Shown: positions 49,870 to 60,400 of the stretch, piece by piece | Numbering within the stretch: the stretch's first letter is position 1 | How the letters are laid out: every line of letters begins with the position of its first letter | Made by a program: the position numbers and the translations under genes | Source: an uncultured Flavobacteriales bacterium | GTDB taxonomy: Bacteria > Bacteroidota > Bacteroidia > Flavobacteriales_D > Crocinitomicaceae | Length of the DNA stretch: 64,000 nt | NCBI GenBank assembly: GCA_943788855.1 | Contig: CALSRW010000001.1 | Coordinates: forward strand, 713,529 to 777,528 | Reading direction: 5' to 3' | Notes under the pieces: model-generated | The model's database searches: none | The model's input: the letters and a program-made list of their open reading frames with translations, nothing else | Told to the model about the DNA's origin: nothing

Positions 49870-50160
49870 TTAGTCAGCAGCCACATTGTTTTTTACTTCC
49901 TCAACAAAGACTTTTGCTGGTTTGAAAGAAGGGATATTGTGAGCCGGAATAATTACCGTTGTCTTTTTTGAAATGTTTCTCCCCGTTTTTTTTGCTCGAC
50001 GCTTCACAACAAAGCTGCCAAAACCTCGAAGGTATACGTTCTGTCCATCGGATAAAGACCGTTTAATAGAATGCATAAATGCCTCAACCGCTCTAAGGGC
50101 CTCTGATCTCTCTAGCCCTGTTTCTTCAGAAATGTCTGCAACTATTTCTGCTTTTGTCAT
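49870..50160 (-). CDS. hup: HU family DNA-binding protein
   Basis: MTKAEIVADISEETGL...GFGSFVVKRRAKKTGRNISKKTTVIIPAHNIPSFKPAK shows the canonical HU/IHF arm. Confidence 0.9.
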   Translation of the reverse strand: MTKAEIVADISEETGLERSEALRAVEAFMHSIKRSLSDGQNVYLRGFGSFVVKRRAKKTGRNISKKTTVIIPAHNIPSFKPAKVFVEEVKNNVAAD

Positions 50161-50256
50161 AATTCTTTTGTTTTATGTTACTATTATAAGGCTACAAAAA
50201 TATACTTTACATTTATTAAATTCGCCTGTTCTAAAAAAAAACAAATTTAATTATAA

Positions 50257-51294
50257 ATGGTTCATTTCCAAGAAACCCTCATTTCATGGTATTTAATAAA
50301 TAAAAGAGACCTTCCCTGGAGAGATACTAGGGATCCATATAAAATATGGTTGAGTGAGATTATTTTACAACAAACTAGAGTTGTGCAAGGAACAAGTTAT
50401 TATTTAAAGTTTATTAACGAATTTCCGAGTGTAAAAGATTTGTCAGAATCAACAGAGCAGAAGGTGCTTTCTCTTTGGCAAGGACTAGGTTATTACTCTA
50501 GAGCGAGAAATCTTCATGCAACATCAAAAGACATAATCAACAATCATCAAGGTATTTTCCCTGACAATTATATTGATCTCTTAAAATTAAAAGGAGTCGG
50601 TCCATATACGGCCGCCGCGATTTCCTCCTTTTCTTTTAATGAGGCCAAAGCCGTGGTAGATGGTAATGTTTTTCGTGTTTTAAGTCGCATTTATGATATT
50701 TCAACGCCAATAAATTCATCTCAAGGAGTAAAGACTTTTCAAGAGCTTGCACAAAGCGTTTTAAACAAAAGCGACCCCGCAACTCACAATCAGGCAATTA
50801 TGGAATTCGGGGCTCTCGTTTGTACTCCTAAAGCACCAAAATGCAATAAATGCCCAATGACCCTTGAGTGCAGCTCATTTAAAAACGACACTACGAAGAA
50901 GAGACCGGTAAAAATTCGAAAAGGAACCGTTCGATCAAGGTTTTTTATTTACAAAGTGTTTTATAATAGCACAGAGAAGCTTCTTTTTCTTAAAAAGAGA
51001 AAAGCAAAAGATATTTGGCAAAACTTATATGATTTTGAACACCAAGAATTTACTACAAAGGAATTGTTTGACGAACAGGTTCAAGCATTTCCAAGCGAAA
51101 AACACACGGTGTCTTTAAGCCATAAACTTACACATCAGCACATCATGGCTTTTTTCGTATTGTGCCCTACAATAAAAAAGAAAACCCACAACGAACTTGT
51201 GCCTGTAAAAATAAGCGAACTAAAGACCTATCCCATACCAACGTTAATAAAAAAGTATTTAGAGCAAGAACCAGAGATACCCAATTCAGTTTAA
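50257..51294 (+). CDS. mutY: A/G-specific adenine DNA glycosylase MutY
   Basis: LPWR...DPYKIWLSEIILQQTRV, the HhH-GPD motif LKGVGPYTAAAI, the 4-Cys cluster CTPKAPKCNKCPMTLEC and a NUDIX-like C-domain. Confidence 0.9.
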   Translation: MVHFQETLISWYLINKRDLPWRDTRDPYKIWLSEIILQQTRVVQGTSYYLKFINEFPSVKDLSESTEQKVLSLWQGLGYYSRARNLHATSKDIINNHQGIFPDNYIDLLKLKGVGPYTAAAISSFSFNEAKAVVDGNVFRVLSRIYDISTPINSSQGVKTFQELAQSVLNKSDPATHNQAIMEFGALVCTPKAPKCNKCPMTLECSSFKNDTTKKRPVKIRKGTVRSRFFIYKVFYNSTEKLLFLKKRKAKDIWQNLYDFEHQEFTTKELFDEQVQAFPSEKHTVSLSHKLTHQHIMAFFVLCPTIKKKTHNELVPVKISELKTYPIPTLIKKYLEQEPEIPNSV

Positions 51295-51373
51295 ACACCT
51301 AATTTTGCAAAGCAAGTGAACAAACGATAAAGGTCTTTAATTAGAAAAACAACATTAAAAAGAAACCTGTTTT

Positions 51374-52468
51374 ATGACGGAAATAAAAAACATAAACGTG
51401 GGAATTACCATAGGCGACATAAATGGTATAGGGCCCGAAATAATTCTCAAATCTTTACACGATAGAAGGATTTTGACTTCAATTACACCGATAATTTATG
51501 GTTCCGATAAAGTATTGAACCATTACAAACAAAAGTTGGGGATAGAAGACTTAAACATGATTACGATAAATGAGGCTTCAGCGGCTAATAAAAATAAAAT
51601 AAACGTAATTAATGTGAATTCAGAGCCTGTTGAGGTTCAGGAGGGAAAGGAGTCTGTAAATGCAGGAAAAATAGCGGTTTTAGCACTAGAGAAGGCAACA
51701 AAAGACATTTCAACAGGCGGAATAGACGTGATTGTTACCGCACCAATATCAAAAAGTGTTTGTCAGAATGCGGGTTTTGATTTCCCCGGCCACACCGAGT
51801 ACTTCTCTTCTCTTTCGAATGGCATAGAGGCTCTAATGTTGTTGAGTTCCTCAATAATGAGAATAGCCCTTGTAACATCACATGTTGCTTTGAAGGATGT
51901 TTCTAAAAACATAAGTAAAGAAAAAATAATAAACAAGGCAAAGACGTTTAATCAAAGCTTAGCTAAAGACTTTGGAATTCGAAAACCAAAGATTGCCATA
52001 CTATCCCTAAACCCTCATTCTGGAGAAGATGGAAAAATGGGAAATGAAGAAAAAGACATTATTCTTCCAGCCATAAAAGATCTGAATGAAGAAGGCACTT
52101 TGGCGTTTGGACCATTTCCGTCAGACGGCTTCTTTGGTTCTGAGTCGAGAAGAGACTTTGATGGAATACTATCTATGTATCACGATCAAGGATTAACTGC
52201 TTTTAAAGCTCTTTCGTTTGACGAAGGGGTAAATTACACATCTGGCTTGCCAATTGTTCGAACTTCACCAGATCACGGAACAGCATTTGATATTGCTGGA
52301 AAAGGAATAGCATCAGAAACCTCAATGAGAAACGCGATATATCTGGCTATAGACATATATAACTCTAGAGTTTCGCACAAAGAAAACCTACGCAATAGTT
52401 TAGAGGTTCAAAAACCCAAGGAAAAACAGAAAGAGGCAACAAAGCATAGGGGTTTGAAAAAAAATTAA
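51374..52468 (+). CDS. pdxA: 4-hydroxythreonine-4-phosphate dehydrogenase PdxA
   Basis: ITIGDINGIGPEI, GHTEYF, LNPHSGE and TSPDHGTAFDIAGKG motifs. Confidence 0.9.
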   Translation: MTEIKNINVGITIGDINGIGPEIILKSLHDRRILTSITPIIYGSDKVLNHYKQKLGIEDLNMITINEASAANKNKINVINVNSEPVEVQEGKESVNAGKIAVLALEKATKDISTGGIDVIVTAPISKSVCQNAGFDFPGHTEYFSSLSNGIEALMLLSSSIMRIALVTSHVALKDVSKNISKEKIINKAKTFNQSLAKDFGIRKPKIAILSLNPHSGEDGKMGNEEKDIILPAIKDLNEEGTLAFGPFPSDGFFGSESRRDFDGILSMYHDQGLTAFKALSFDEGVNYTSGLPIVRTSPDHGTAFDIAGKGIASETSMRNAIYLAIDIYNSRVSHKENLRNSLEVQKPKEKQKEATKHRGLKKN

Positions 52469-52499
52469 TAACTTTGCCCACCCTTTTTAAAATTAGGTA

Positions 52500-52997
52500 A
52501 TGAATAAAAGCTTTGACATACCTTTCGTTGGTTTAAAACAAGGCAAACATCATTTTAAATTTGAAGTGGGTAAAACGTTCTTTGATGACTTCCCGTTTTC
52601 TATTATAGAAGGAGGGAATTTGATTGCTGAGGTGGAGTTAGATAAAAAAGAAACCATTATGATTTCGAACTTTATTATTCATGGAAACGTAAAGGTAGTT
52701 TGTTCTAGATGTAATGAACACGCGAACATAGACTTAAACGACTCAATGATAAACTATTACAAGTTCGGAACAGAAACAGAAGAAGACGAAAACCTTTTTG
52801 TTTTATCTCCAGACGAATATAAAATTAATGTCGCTCAGCAAATTTATGAACTTATTACTGTTGCATTACCAACAAGCCCAAAACATAAAAAAGGGGAGTG
52901 TAATACTGAAATGGTAGAGTTAATAAAAAAATACCAGTCAAAAGAAGAAAATGAAGATATTGACCCAAGGTGGGAAAAATTAAATAAGTTGAATTAA
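52500..52997 (+). CDS. yceD: YceD/DUF177 family protein
   Basis: Lies immediately upstream of rpmF, as is usual. Contains the CSRC...C pattern and an acidic tail. Confidence 0.7.
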   Translation: MNKSFDIPFVGLKQGKHHFKFEVGKTFFDDFPFSIIEGGNLIAEVELDKKETIMISNFIIHGNVKVVCSRCNEHANIDLNDSMINYYKFGTETEEDENLFVLSPDEYKINVAQQIYELITVALPTSPKHKKGECNTEMVELIKKYQSKEENEDIDPRWEKLNKLN

Positions 52998-53009
52998 TAA
53001 TATATAATT

Positions 53010-53201
53010 ATGGCGCATCCTAAAAGAAAAATCTCGAAAACAAGAAGAGATAAAAGAAGGACTCATGTAAAAGCGACGGCTAGCAATGTTGCCACTTGTC
53101 CAACTACAGGACAACCACACCTTTTCCATCATGCTCATTGGCACGAAGGAAAGCTTTACTATAAAGGTAAAGTCATTGCTGAAAAAGAAGTAGAAGCTTA
53201 A
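53010..53201 (+). CDS. rpmF: 50S ribosomal protein L32
   Basis: [19 protein letters not shown] at the N-terminus. Confidence 0.9.
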   Translation: MAHPKRKISKTRRDKRRTHVKATASNVATCPTTGQPHLFHHAHWHEGKLYYKGKVIAEKEVEA

Positions 53202-53214
53202 GATTTTTTCTCTG

Positions 53215-54150
53215 ATGAGAATTGGTCTGGACGTTTCTGGAGGAGATTTTGCCCCAAAGGTAAACCTTGATGGGCTAAAATTAGCAATGAAAGAATTGCC
53301 TTCCTGTACCTTTTATTTGTTTGGAAACAAAGAAGAGGTGTTAGAGCACCCATCATTCATTGATGTTGATAAAGAACGCATACAAGTAGTTCACGCGCCT
53401 GAACAAATTACCTTTAAAGATAACCCAACTCGTGCAATCTTAAGGAAACCAAAAAGCTCTATTTCTGTTGGGCTTAATTGGCTTTCAACACGGAAAATAG
53501 ACGTTTTTTCTGGCACAGGAAACACGGGGGCAATGTTGGTTGGTTCTATATATAAATCAACAACGATACCTGGCGTTATAAGGCCGTGCATCACCTCTAC
53601 CCTTCCCACAATAACCGGTGGGAAAACAGTTCTTTTGGATGTTGGTTCTAATGCGGATTGTAAGGCTGATGTTCTTTCACAGTTTGCTGTTTTGGGTTCA
53701 ATATACGCCCAACATGTTTATGGGAAGAAAAAACCAAAAGTTGCCTTGTTGAATATTGGAGAAGAAGAATCGAAAGGAAACCTTCTTACTATTGCCGCGC
53801 ATGAGTTGTTAAAATCTTCAGATGAAATCAATTTTATAGGAAATTTAGAGGGTCGGGATATTTTTACAGGTATTGCCGATGTTATTGTTTGTGATGGCTA
53901 CACAGGTAACGTTGTTTTAAAACAGGCCGAAGGTATTTATTCATTAATTAAAAAAAGAGGGATCAACGACGAGTATTTTGATCGGTTTAATTATGAAAAT
54001 TATGGCGGAACGCCAATTCTTGGTATTCGGGGAAATGTAATTATAGGTCATGGCATCTCAAATGACATTGCAATTAAAAATATGTTATTACATTCGTATG
54101 AGGTTGCCTCTTCAGGTTTGGCAAAGAAGATAAAAAAAGCATTTAAATAA
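53215..54150 (+). CDS. plsX: Phosphate acyltransferase PlsX
   Basis: MRIGLDVSGGDFAP, NIGEEESKGN and CDGYTGNVVLK motifs. Confidence 0.9.
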   Translation: MRIGLDVSGGDFAPKVNLDGLKLAMKELPSCTFYLFGNKEEVLEHPSFIDVDKERIQVVHAPEQITFKDNPTRAILRKPKSSISVGLNWLSTRKIDVFSGTGNTGAMLVGSIYKSTTIPGVIRPCITSTLPTITGGKTVLLDVGSNADCKADVLSQFAVLGSIYAQHVYGKKKPKVALLNIGEEESKGNLLTIAAHELLKSSDEINFIGNLEGRDIFTGIADVIVCDGYTGNVVLKQAEGIYSLIKKRGINDEYFDRFNYENYGGTPILGIRGNVIIGHGISNDIAIKNMLLHSYEVASSGLAKKIKKAFK

Positions 54151-54151
54151 A

Positions 54152-55141
54152 ATGAATATATCAGCGGCAATAACTGCAGTTCACGGAGCTGTTCCGGAAA
54201 AAGTTCTAAGCAACTCGGATTTAGAGAAAATGGTTGATACCAATGATGAGTGGATTGTTTCTAGAACCGGAATAAAAGAGAGAAGAATCGTTAGTGATGG
54301 TGAAACGCTTTCAGACCTAGGAGCAGAAGTGGTGAAAGGAATCTGTGAAAAAAGAGGAATTTCACCTCTTGAAATAGACATGATAATTGTTGGGACTGTA
54401 ACCGGAGACTATCGCTTTCCAAGCACATCTAATGTAATTTGTTATAAAAGTGGAGCAACCAACGCCTGGGGCTATGATGTTAGCGCGGCTTGTTCAGGGT
54501 TTATATATACCTTAATTACGGGGCAACAATTTATTGCTTCTGGTCAACATAAAAAAGTCATTGTCATAGGAGGAGATATCATGTCTTCAATAGTTAGCTA
54601 TAAGGACAGAAACACATGTGTTATATTTGGAGATGGAGCAGGAGGAGTTCTTTTAGAGCCTAATAACGAAGGAAATGGTATTGTTGATTCTATTTTAAAA
54701 GCAGATGGTGCGGGTAAAGAATTTTTAATTCAAAAAGCAGGAGGCTCTGCACATCCTGTAACTGAAGAAAATATAGGAACACCAGAAACCTTTGTTTATC
54801 AAGAAGGAAGAACAGTTTTTAAGTTTGCGGTAACCAATATGGCCGATGTTTCCGCAGAAATTATGGAAAAAAACAATCTTAAAAGCGAAGATGTCGATTG
54901 GCTGGTTCCACATCAGGCAAACCTCAGGATTATTGATGCAACTGCAAATAGAATGGGGTTAACAAAAGAAAAAGTAATGATCAATATTGAGAAATACGGA
55001 AATACAACATCTGGAACAATTCCCTTGTGTTTGTGGGAGTGGGAGAAGAAGCTAAAAAAAGGAGACAATATTGTCTTGGCTGCTTTTGGAGGTGGATTCA
55101 CCTGGGGAAGTGTATATTTAAAATGGGCATATAATTCGTAA
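54152..55141 (+). CDS. fabH: Beta-ketoacyl-ACP synthase III
   Basis: Active-site context AACSGFIY, then VPHQANLRII and GNTTSGTIP. Confidence 0.9.
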   Translation: MNISAAITAVHGAVPEKVLSNSDLEKMVDTNDEWIVSRTGIKERRIVSDGETLSDLGAEVVKGICEKRGISPLEIDMIIVGTVTGDYRFPSTSNVICYKSGATNAWGYDVSAACSGFIYTLITGQQFIASGQHKKVIVIGGDIMSSIVSYKDRNTCVIFGDGAGGVLLEPNNEGNGIVDSILKADGAGKEFLIQKAGGSAHPVTEENIGTPETFVYQEGRTVFKFAVTNMADVSAEIMEKNNLKSEDVDWLVPHQANLRIIDATANRMGLTKEKVMINIEKYGNTTSGTIPLCLWEWEKKLKKGDNIVLAAFGGGFTWGSVYLKWAYNS

Positions 55142-55167
55142 AAAAACTATATAAAAAACAATCAGTT

Positions 55168-55650
55168 ATGAATTTTGAAGAGATAAAAGAATTAATAAAA
55201 TTAGTATCCAAAACGGGAGTAGGAAAGGTTCAAGTGGAAAAAGAAGACTTTAAAGTTGTCATATCAGGAAGTAAACCATCTTCGGATCAGCCGATTATTG
55301 TTCAAAGCCCTCAGCAATCAACCCCTATAACCATGGCCGCGCCGCTTGCGCCAGCAGAGGCACCAAAACCTGACGCTAAAAAGACAAACGAAAAGAATGA
55401 TGAGGATCACTTGATCACGGTTAAATCGCCAATGATTGGGACTTTTTATAGATCTCCAGGGCCAGAGAAAGAACCCTTTCTGAATGTAGGAGACTCTTTT
55501 AAAGTGGGAGATAAGCTTTGTATAATTGAGGCAATGAAAACATTTAACGAGATTGAGGCAGAGGTTTCAGGAAAGATTGTTAAAGTGCTTGTTGATGACG
55601 CTAGTCCAGTTGACTATGATCAGCCTTTGTTTTTGGTTGAACCAGCATAG
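55168..55650 (+). CDS. accB: Acetyl-CoA carboxylase biotin carboxyl carrier protein
   Basis: Biotinylation motif IIEAMKTFNEIEA, preceded by a P/A-rich linker. Confidence 0.9.
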   Translation: MNFEEIKELIKLVSKTGVGKVQVEKEDFKVVISGSKPSSDQPIIVQSPQQSTPITMAAPLAPAEAPKPDAKKTNEKNDEDHLITVKSPMIGTFYRSPGPEKEPFLNVGDSFKVGDKLCIIEAMKTFNEIEAEVSGKIVKVLVDDASPVDYDQPLFLVEPA

Positions 55651-55668
55651 AAATCAAAAAGAACATTT

Positions 55669-57003
55669 ATGTTTAAGAAAATATTAATTGCAAACCGAGG
55701 GGAAATAGCCCTCAGGGTTATAAGAACCTGTAAGGAAATGGGAATCCAAACTGTTGCGGTATATTCAACCGCAGACAAAGATTCTTTACCTGTTAGATTT
55801 GCTGACGAAGCAGTATGTATAGGCCCTCCAGTTAGCGCAAAGTCATACCTTTCAATTCCAAGTATTATTGCAGCTGCAGAAATAACCAATGCAGACGCGA
55901 TACATCCAGGCTATGGGTTTTTGTCAGAAAACGAAAAGTTCTCAAAAGTTTGTGAGGAACACAATATTAAATTTATTGGTGCTTTACCTGAACAAATTTC
56001 GGGAATGGGAGACAAAGCGACTGCTAAAGCCACAATGATTAAAGCAGGCGTCCCTTGTATACCCGGTTCAAAAGGGTTGATAAAAGACACGAAAGAAGCC
56101 AAAATAAAGGCCAAAGAAATAAAATACCCTGTAATTCTTAAAGCAACTGCTGGTGGTGGCGGTAAAGGAATGAGAATTGTTTGGAAAGAGGACCAGCTTC
56201 AAGACGCTTGGGACTCTGCAAAACAGGAATCTGCAGCAGCTTTTGGAAATGATGGAATATATATGGAGAAGTTTATACAAGAGCCTCGTCATATTGAAAT
56301 CCAAATAGCAGGAGACCAGCATGGAAATGTTTGTCACCTATCCGAAAGGGATTGTTCCATACAACGAAGACACCAAAAACTAGTTGAAGAAACCCCTTCT
56401 CCGTTTATGACTCCAGCACTAAGAGAAAAAATGGGTGAAGCAGCGATCAAGGCGGCTAAAGCAGTGAAATACGAGGGCGTTGGAACTGTTGAATTCCTTG
56501 TAGATAAAAACAAGGACTTCTACTTCATGGAAATGAATACTAGAATACAGGTTGAGCACACAATAACAGAGGAAGTTATTAATCACGACCTTATTAAGGA
56601 GCAAATAAAAATAGCTGCGGGTGAAAAAATATCAGGTAAAAACTATTTACCCATTATGCATGCAATTCAGTGTAGAATAAACGCCGAAGACCCAGAGCAT
56701 GACTTCAGACCATGTCCAGGAACAATAACTGATTATCATTGTCCGGGTGGGCACGGGGTGCGAATCGATGCACACGTTTATTCAGGATACACGATTCCTC
56801 CCAATTATGATTCAATGATTTCTAAATTAATCGTTGTAGCTCGAACAAGAGACGAAGCAATATTAAAAATGAAAAGAGCTCTTGGGGAATATATTATCGA
56901 GGGGGTTAAGACAACAATACCATTTCATCAAAAGCTCATGGAAGACGAAAACTTTGTAAAAGGAAATTTTACCACAAAGTTTATGGATTCTTTTGAGTAT
57001 TGA
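55669..57003 (+). CDS. accC: Acetyl-CoA carboxylase biotin carboxylase subunit
   Basis: [18 protein letters not shown], the ATP-grasp motif [12 protein letters not shown] and [10 protein letters not shown]. Confidence 0.95.
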   Translation: MFKKILIANRGEIALRVIRTCKEMGIQTVAVYSTADKDSLPVRFADEAVCIGPPVSAKSYLSIPSIIAAAEITNADAIHPGYGFLSENEKFSKVCEEHNIKFIGALPEQISGMGDKATAKATMIKAGVPCIPGSKGLIKDTKEAKIKAKEIKYPVILKATAGGGGKGMRIVWKEDQLQDAWDSAKQESAAAFGNDGIYMEKFIQEPRHIEIQIAGDQHGNVCHLSERDCSIQRRHQKLVEETPSPFMTPALREKMGEAAIKAAKAVKYEGVGTVEFLVDKNKDFYFMEMNTRIQVEHTITEEVINHDLIKEQIKIAAGEKISGKNYLPIMHAIQCRINAEDPEHDFRPCPGTITDYHCPGGHGVRIDAHVYSGYTIPPNYDSMISKLIVVARTRDEAILKMKRALGEYIIEGVKTTIPFHQKLMEDENFVKGNFTTKFMDSFEY

Positions 57004-57080
57004 TTATCTTAATGGTGTTAAGCAACCGAAAAACCATTTTCGCGTCAATTGATTAGTTAAAATATAATTCGTAGTTGAAT

Positions 57081-57407
57081 ATGAAAAAAGTATACACCCT
57101 TACGACAGTGTTTTTATTGTTTTTTATGTGTGAATTAAGCGCGCAAAATGTGAGCTCACTAAAAAGTAAAAACCAATCAAATGTAAATACAGCAACCAAA
57201 CCGGCTGTTGATGAACAAGACATTTTAAAGCAAATTTCTCAAATCAATGAGCACCTTTCGGCCATTGAAACAAAAAGAAACTATATTCTTTCAGACCCCG
57301 CGGAAAAGTCCTCAGCTCAAGAACAAGGATGGTTTGAAGACATGAAAAAAATCGAAAAATCTCTCCTTAAGAAAAAAGAAAAATTAACAGCACTTATTAA
57401 TAATTAG
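57081..57407 (+). CDS. Small secreted helical protein (hypothetical), 8 nt upstream of a giant adhesin gene
   Basis: Signal peptide MKKVYTLTTVFLLFFMCELSAQ, an N/S/Q-rich linker and a K/E-rich helix. The ATG at 57081 is preferred to the TTG at 57075. Confidence 0.5.
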   Translation: MKKVYTLTTVFLLFFMCELSAQNVSSLKSKNQSNVNTATKPAVDEQDILKQISQINEHLSAIETKRNYILSDPAEKSSAQEQGWFEDMKKIEKSLLKKKEKLTALINN

Positions 57408-57415
57408 TTCAGGAG

Positions 57416-60400
57416 ATGAATAAAAAAGTAGTAGTTTTTATCGTAGGCTTTTTCCAAGCCCTAATCGTGTTTTCTCAATCTGGAGGAGTAGATTGCAACA
57501 ATTTAGAACCTATATGTACCGATGTTGGTATATCTTTTACAGCATCAAGTGGTTTACCTGACGCATCCACAACAAACCCGGGAAACAATTATGATTGCTT
57601 AATATCTCAGCCAAATCCAACTTGGTATTATCTTGAAATATCGAACTCTGGAGATGTGCAAATGAACCTCTCGGCCAATTCTGATATTGATTACATTATT
57701 TGGGGCCCTTTTAATTCTTTAGCAGAGGCAGAGGCGAATTGCGGTGCTTATAATAATGTTGCCGATTGTAGTTTTTCCTTTACGAACAACGAAACACCGC
57801 AGATTTTGGGCGCTGTTACAGGACAGGTATACGTTATGTTGGTTACCAATTATGCCAATGTTGTTCAAAATATATCATTAACACAATCTGGAGGATCTGG
57901 AAATACGGATTGTACTATAGTTAATCCCCCAACAGCAAATTGTCCAGAATATGCAACTCAAGCAAGCTCTACAACTGAAGCATGTGGAAATCAGCAGTAT
58001 TATTTAGAAGTATTAAATACCGCATGTAATGGCTTTGTTACGTTTAATGTTGTTGGTAATTATGGCTCTTCATTTGCCAGTGAAATTACTTGGGAGGTTG
58101 TTTCAAACCAAACAGGTGCCGCTGTAGCTTCGGGAGGTCCCGGCATAAACGGTGGAGCAATAAATGTAGTTGTTGGCCCTTTAGACCCCGCAGTGCATGG
58201 AACAATATTTAACTTACTTGTCTATGATTCCTGGGGAGACGGTTTTAATGGAACAGGAGGAATCATACAAACCACCAGTTCTTCAGGAACTGTTTTAGCT
58301 GAAATAGATGGGGATTTTGGTTCTCAATCGAATCAATATTTTACAGCAGGAATAGATATTTCATCTGCAACAATAAATATTACAACTCCTTCAGGTGTGG
58401 TAAGTACAACCATGGGAAACTGCCAAGACTTTAATGTTGAGCTCACCCTTGAAAACAACAATTTTTGTACTCCAATAAATGTAGATTTACCCTGGGAAAT
58501 CATTTGTGATGCTACTGGTGCAATAATTTCTAACGGTACTCATACAATAACAGTATACCCCCAGGTACCAACCCAAAGTTCAGAAGTTGTATCTATTTCC
58601 TGGGATGCAGCAAACTGCTCTTGGGATGTTTCTGCGAATAATGACTGTGATTTATTAGATATTGGAACATTATTTTCTATTTCTCCAGACCCTTCAACAA
58701 TTGCTCCTTATTGTTCAAGTGGATCAGAAAACTTTACAATTGACTATCTTGGTTTTGTTGCAGGACCAAACTGTTGCCAAACGGCCGGACCATTAACACC
58801 AATAACATATGATACCACCCTTAACACGACTTCTTTCACGGCTCAAGACGCCTATGCAGGAACAAATAATGCGGGATATGCTGTAGTCTCTGCTAATGGA
58901 ATTGGAGGCAATGCACAATCAATAGTCGTCGATATAACTGGCAATGGATATTGTTGTCCAAACTGCTCAGCTTCACCCGAGCCATATTATGTAGATGTTT
59001 ATATAGACGGTGTTCAAGTTTTATTTGAAGGTCCGCTTACCAATACAAGTTTTTCTTATTCATTTAACGAAGGAGACCTTAATGCTTTTGGGGTTACATA
59101 CAATCAAAGCAGTATTATAGAAGTTTATGTTTTACCAAATAACTTCTGGTATGGCACCCCTCAAATATTTACAACTTTCATTCCCGGGGGAAATTGCGGA
59201 TCTCTTGGCGCGGGTCAGTGGACGATGAGCAACCTTATCACTAATGTTTCTGCCGTATTTGAACAACAAACAGCAACGGCCGTTTCTTGCTCATATCCTT
59301 TAATAGAAAATTACACCTGTTGTTCACCTAACATGGTGCTTCCTCCAAACGAGAGTTCTTCAGTATCTTGTGATCAGGATATATATCTTCCTGTTCCCCC
59401 CACCATTAATGATAATTGTGGTGCCGTGATATCTCCAACCATGTCTGAAAACGCTACACCTGCATGTGTCGGCGACAAGGTATACACTTTCACCTATATG
59501 GATTGTACAGGAGCTACTTCAGATTGGACCTATACCTTTCACGTAAACGATAACATTCCTCCAACAGCTTCAAATCCATCTAATATAACGATAGCGCTTG
59601 CACCAGCCCCCGCACCGGATATAAATTTAGTTATTGATGAGGCTGATAACTGTACGTCTAATCCCACCGTTACATTTATTTCAGATATTTCAGATGGAAA
59701 CGCTTGCCCAGAGACAATTACACGAACCTACAGTGTAACGGATGACTGTGGAAACGAAACCTTAGTTTCCCAGCTTATTATTATTGGAGGGGCATCTATA
59801 CCAGACCCAGCTGTAAGCGCAAATGGACCAATTTGTGAAGGAGACGATGCTGTTTTCACAATCACAGGCCTCATAGATGCTATTGTTACATACGATACGG
59901 GTTCTGGACCAAATACAGTTACTTTAATTGGAGGTTCAGCAACAGTTACCATTTCAGGAGTAATGTCAAGCACAACCATTACGCTCACAAACATTTCAGA
60001 AGGAACTTGTAATTCCACAATAAATCTTTCTGCAACCACAGTAGTAAATACCCAGTTAACCCCTACCTTTGATCCTTTAGGACCTTATTGTCAAACGGGA
60101 GGAGTTGATCCCTTATTAACAAGTTCGATTGAGGGATATACAGGAACATGGTCACCTTCAGTTGTTGACAATTCTACTTCAGGAACGTCCGCTTATACAT
60201 TTACGCCCAACCCTGGACAGTGTGTTTCAAATACGACGATGGATATTGTCATTACTGATGCTCCTTTTGTTATAGCCGCGGCATTAGATTCAACTCTTTG
60301 TGAGGGCGACTCTACTGTTCTTTTTATTGATACTTTGTCTGGAGGGTTGTTGGTAGAGCAATTTACAATGACATTTGGTTCAGCCTTTGCCTATTCTACG

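Noticed and set aside
57411-57415. AGGAG immediately upstream of the giant adhesin ATG as a Shine-Dalgarno site.
   Set aside because: It directly abuts the ATG with zero spacing, so it cannot function as a canonical SD, and Bacteroidota generally do not use SD-led initiation.
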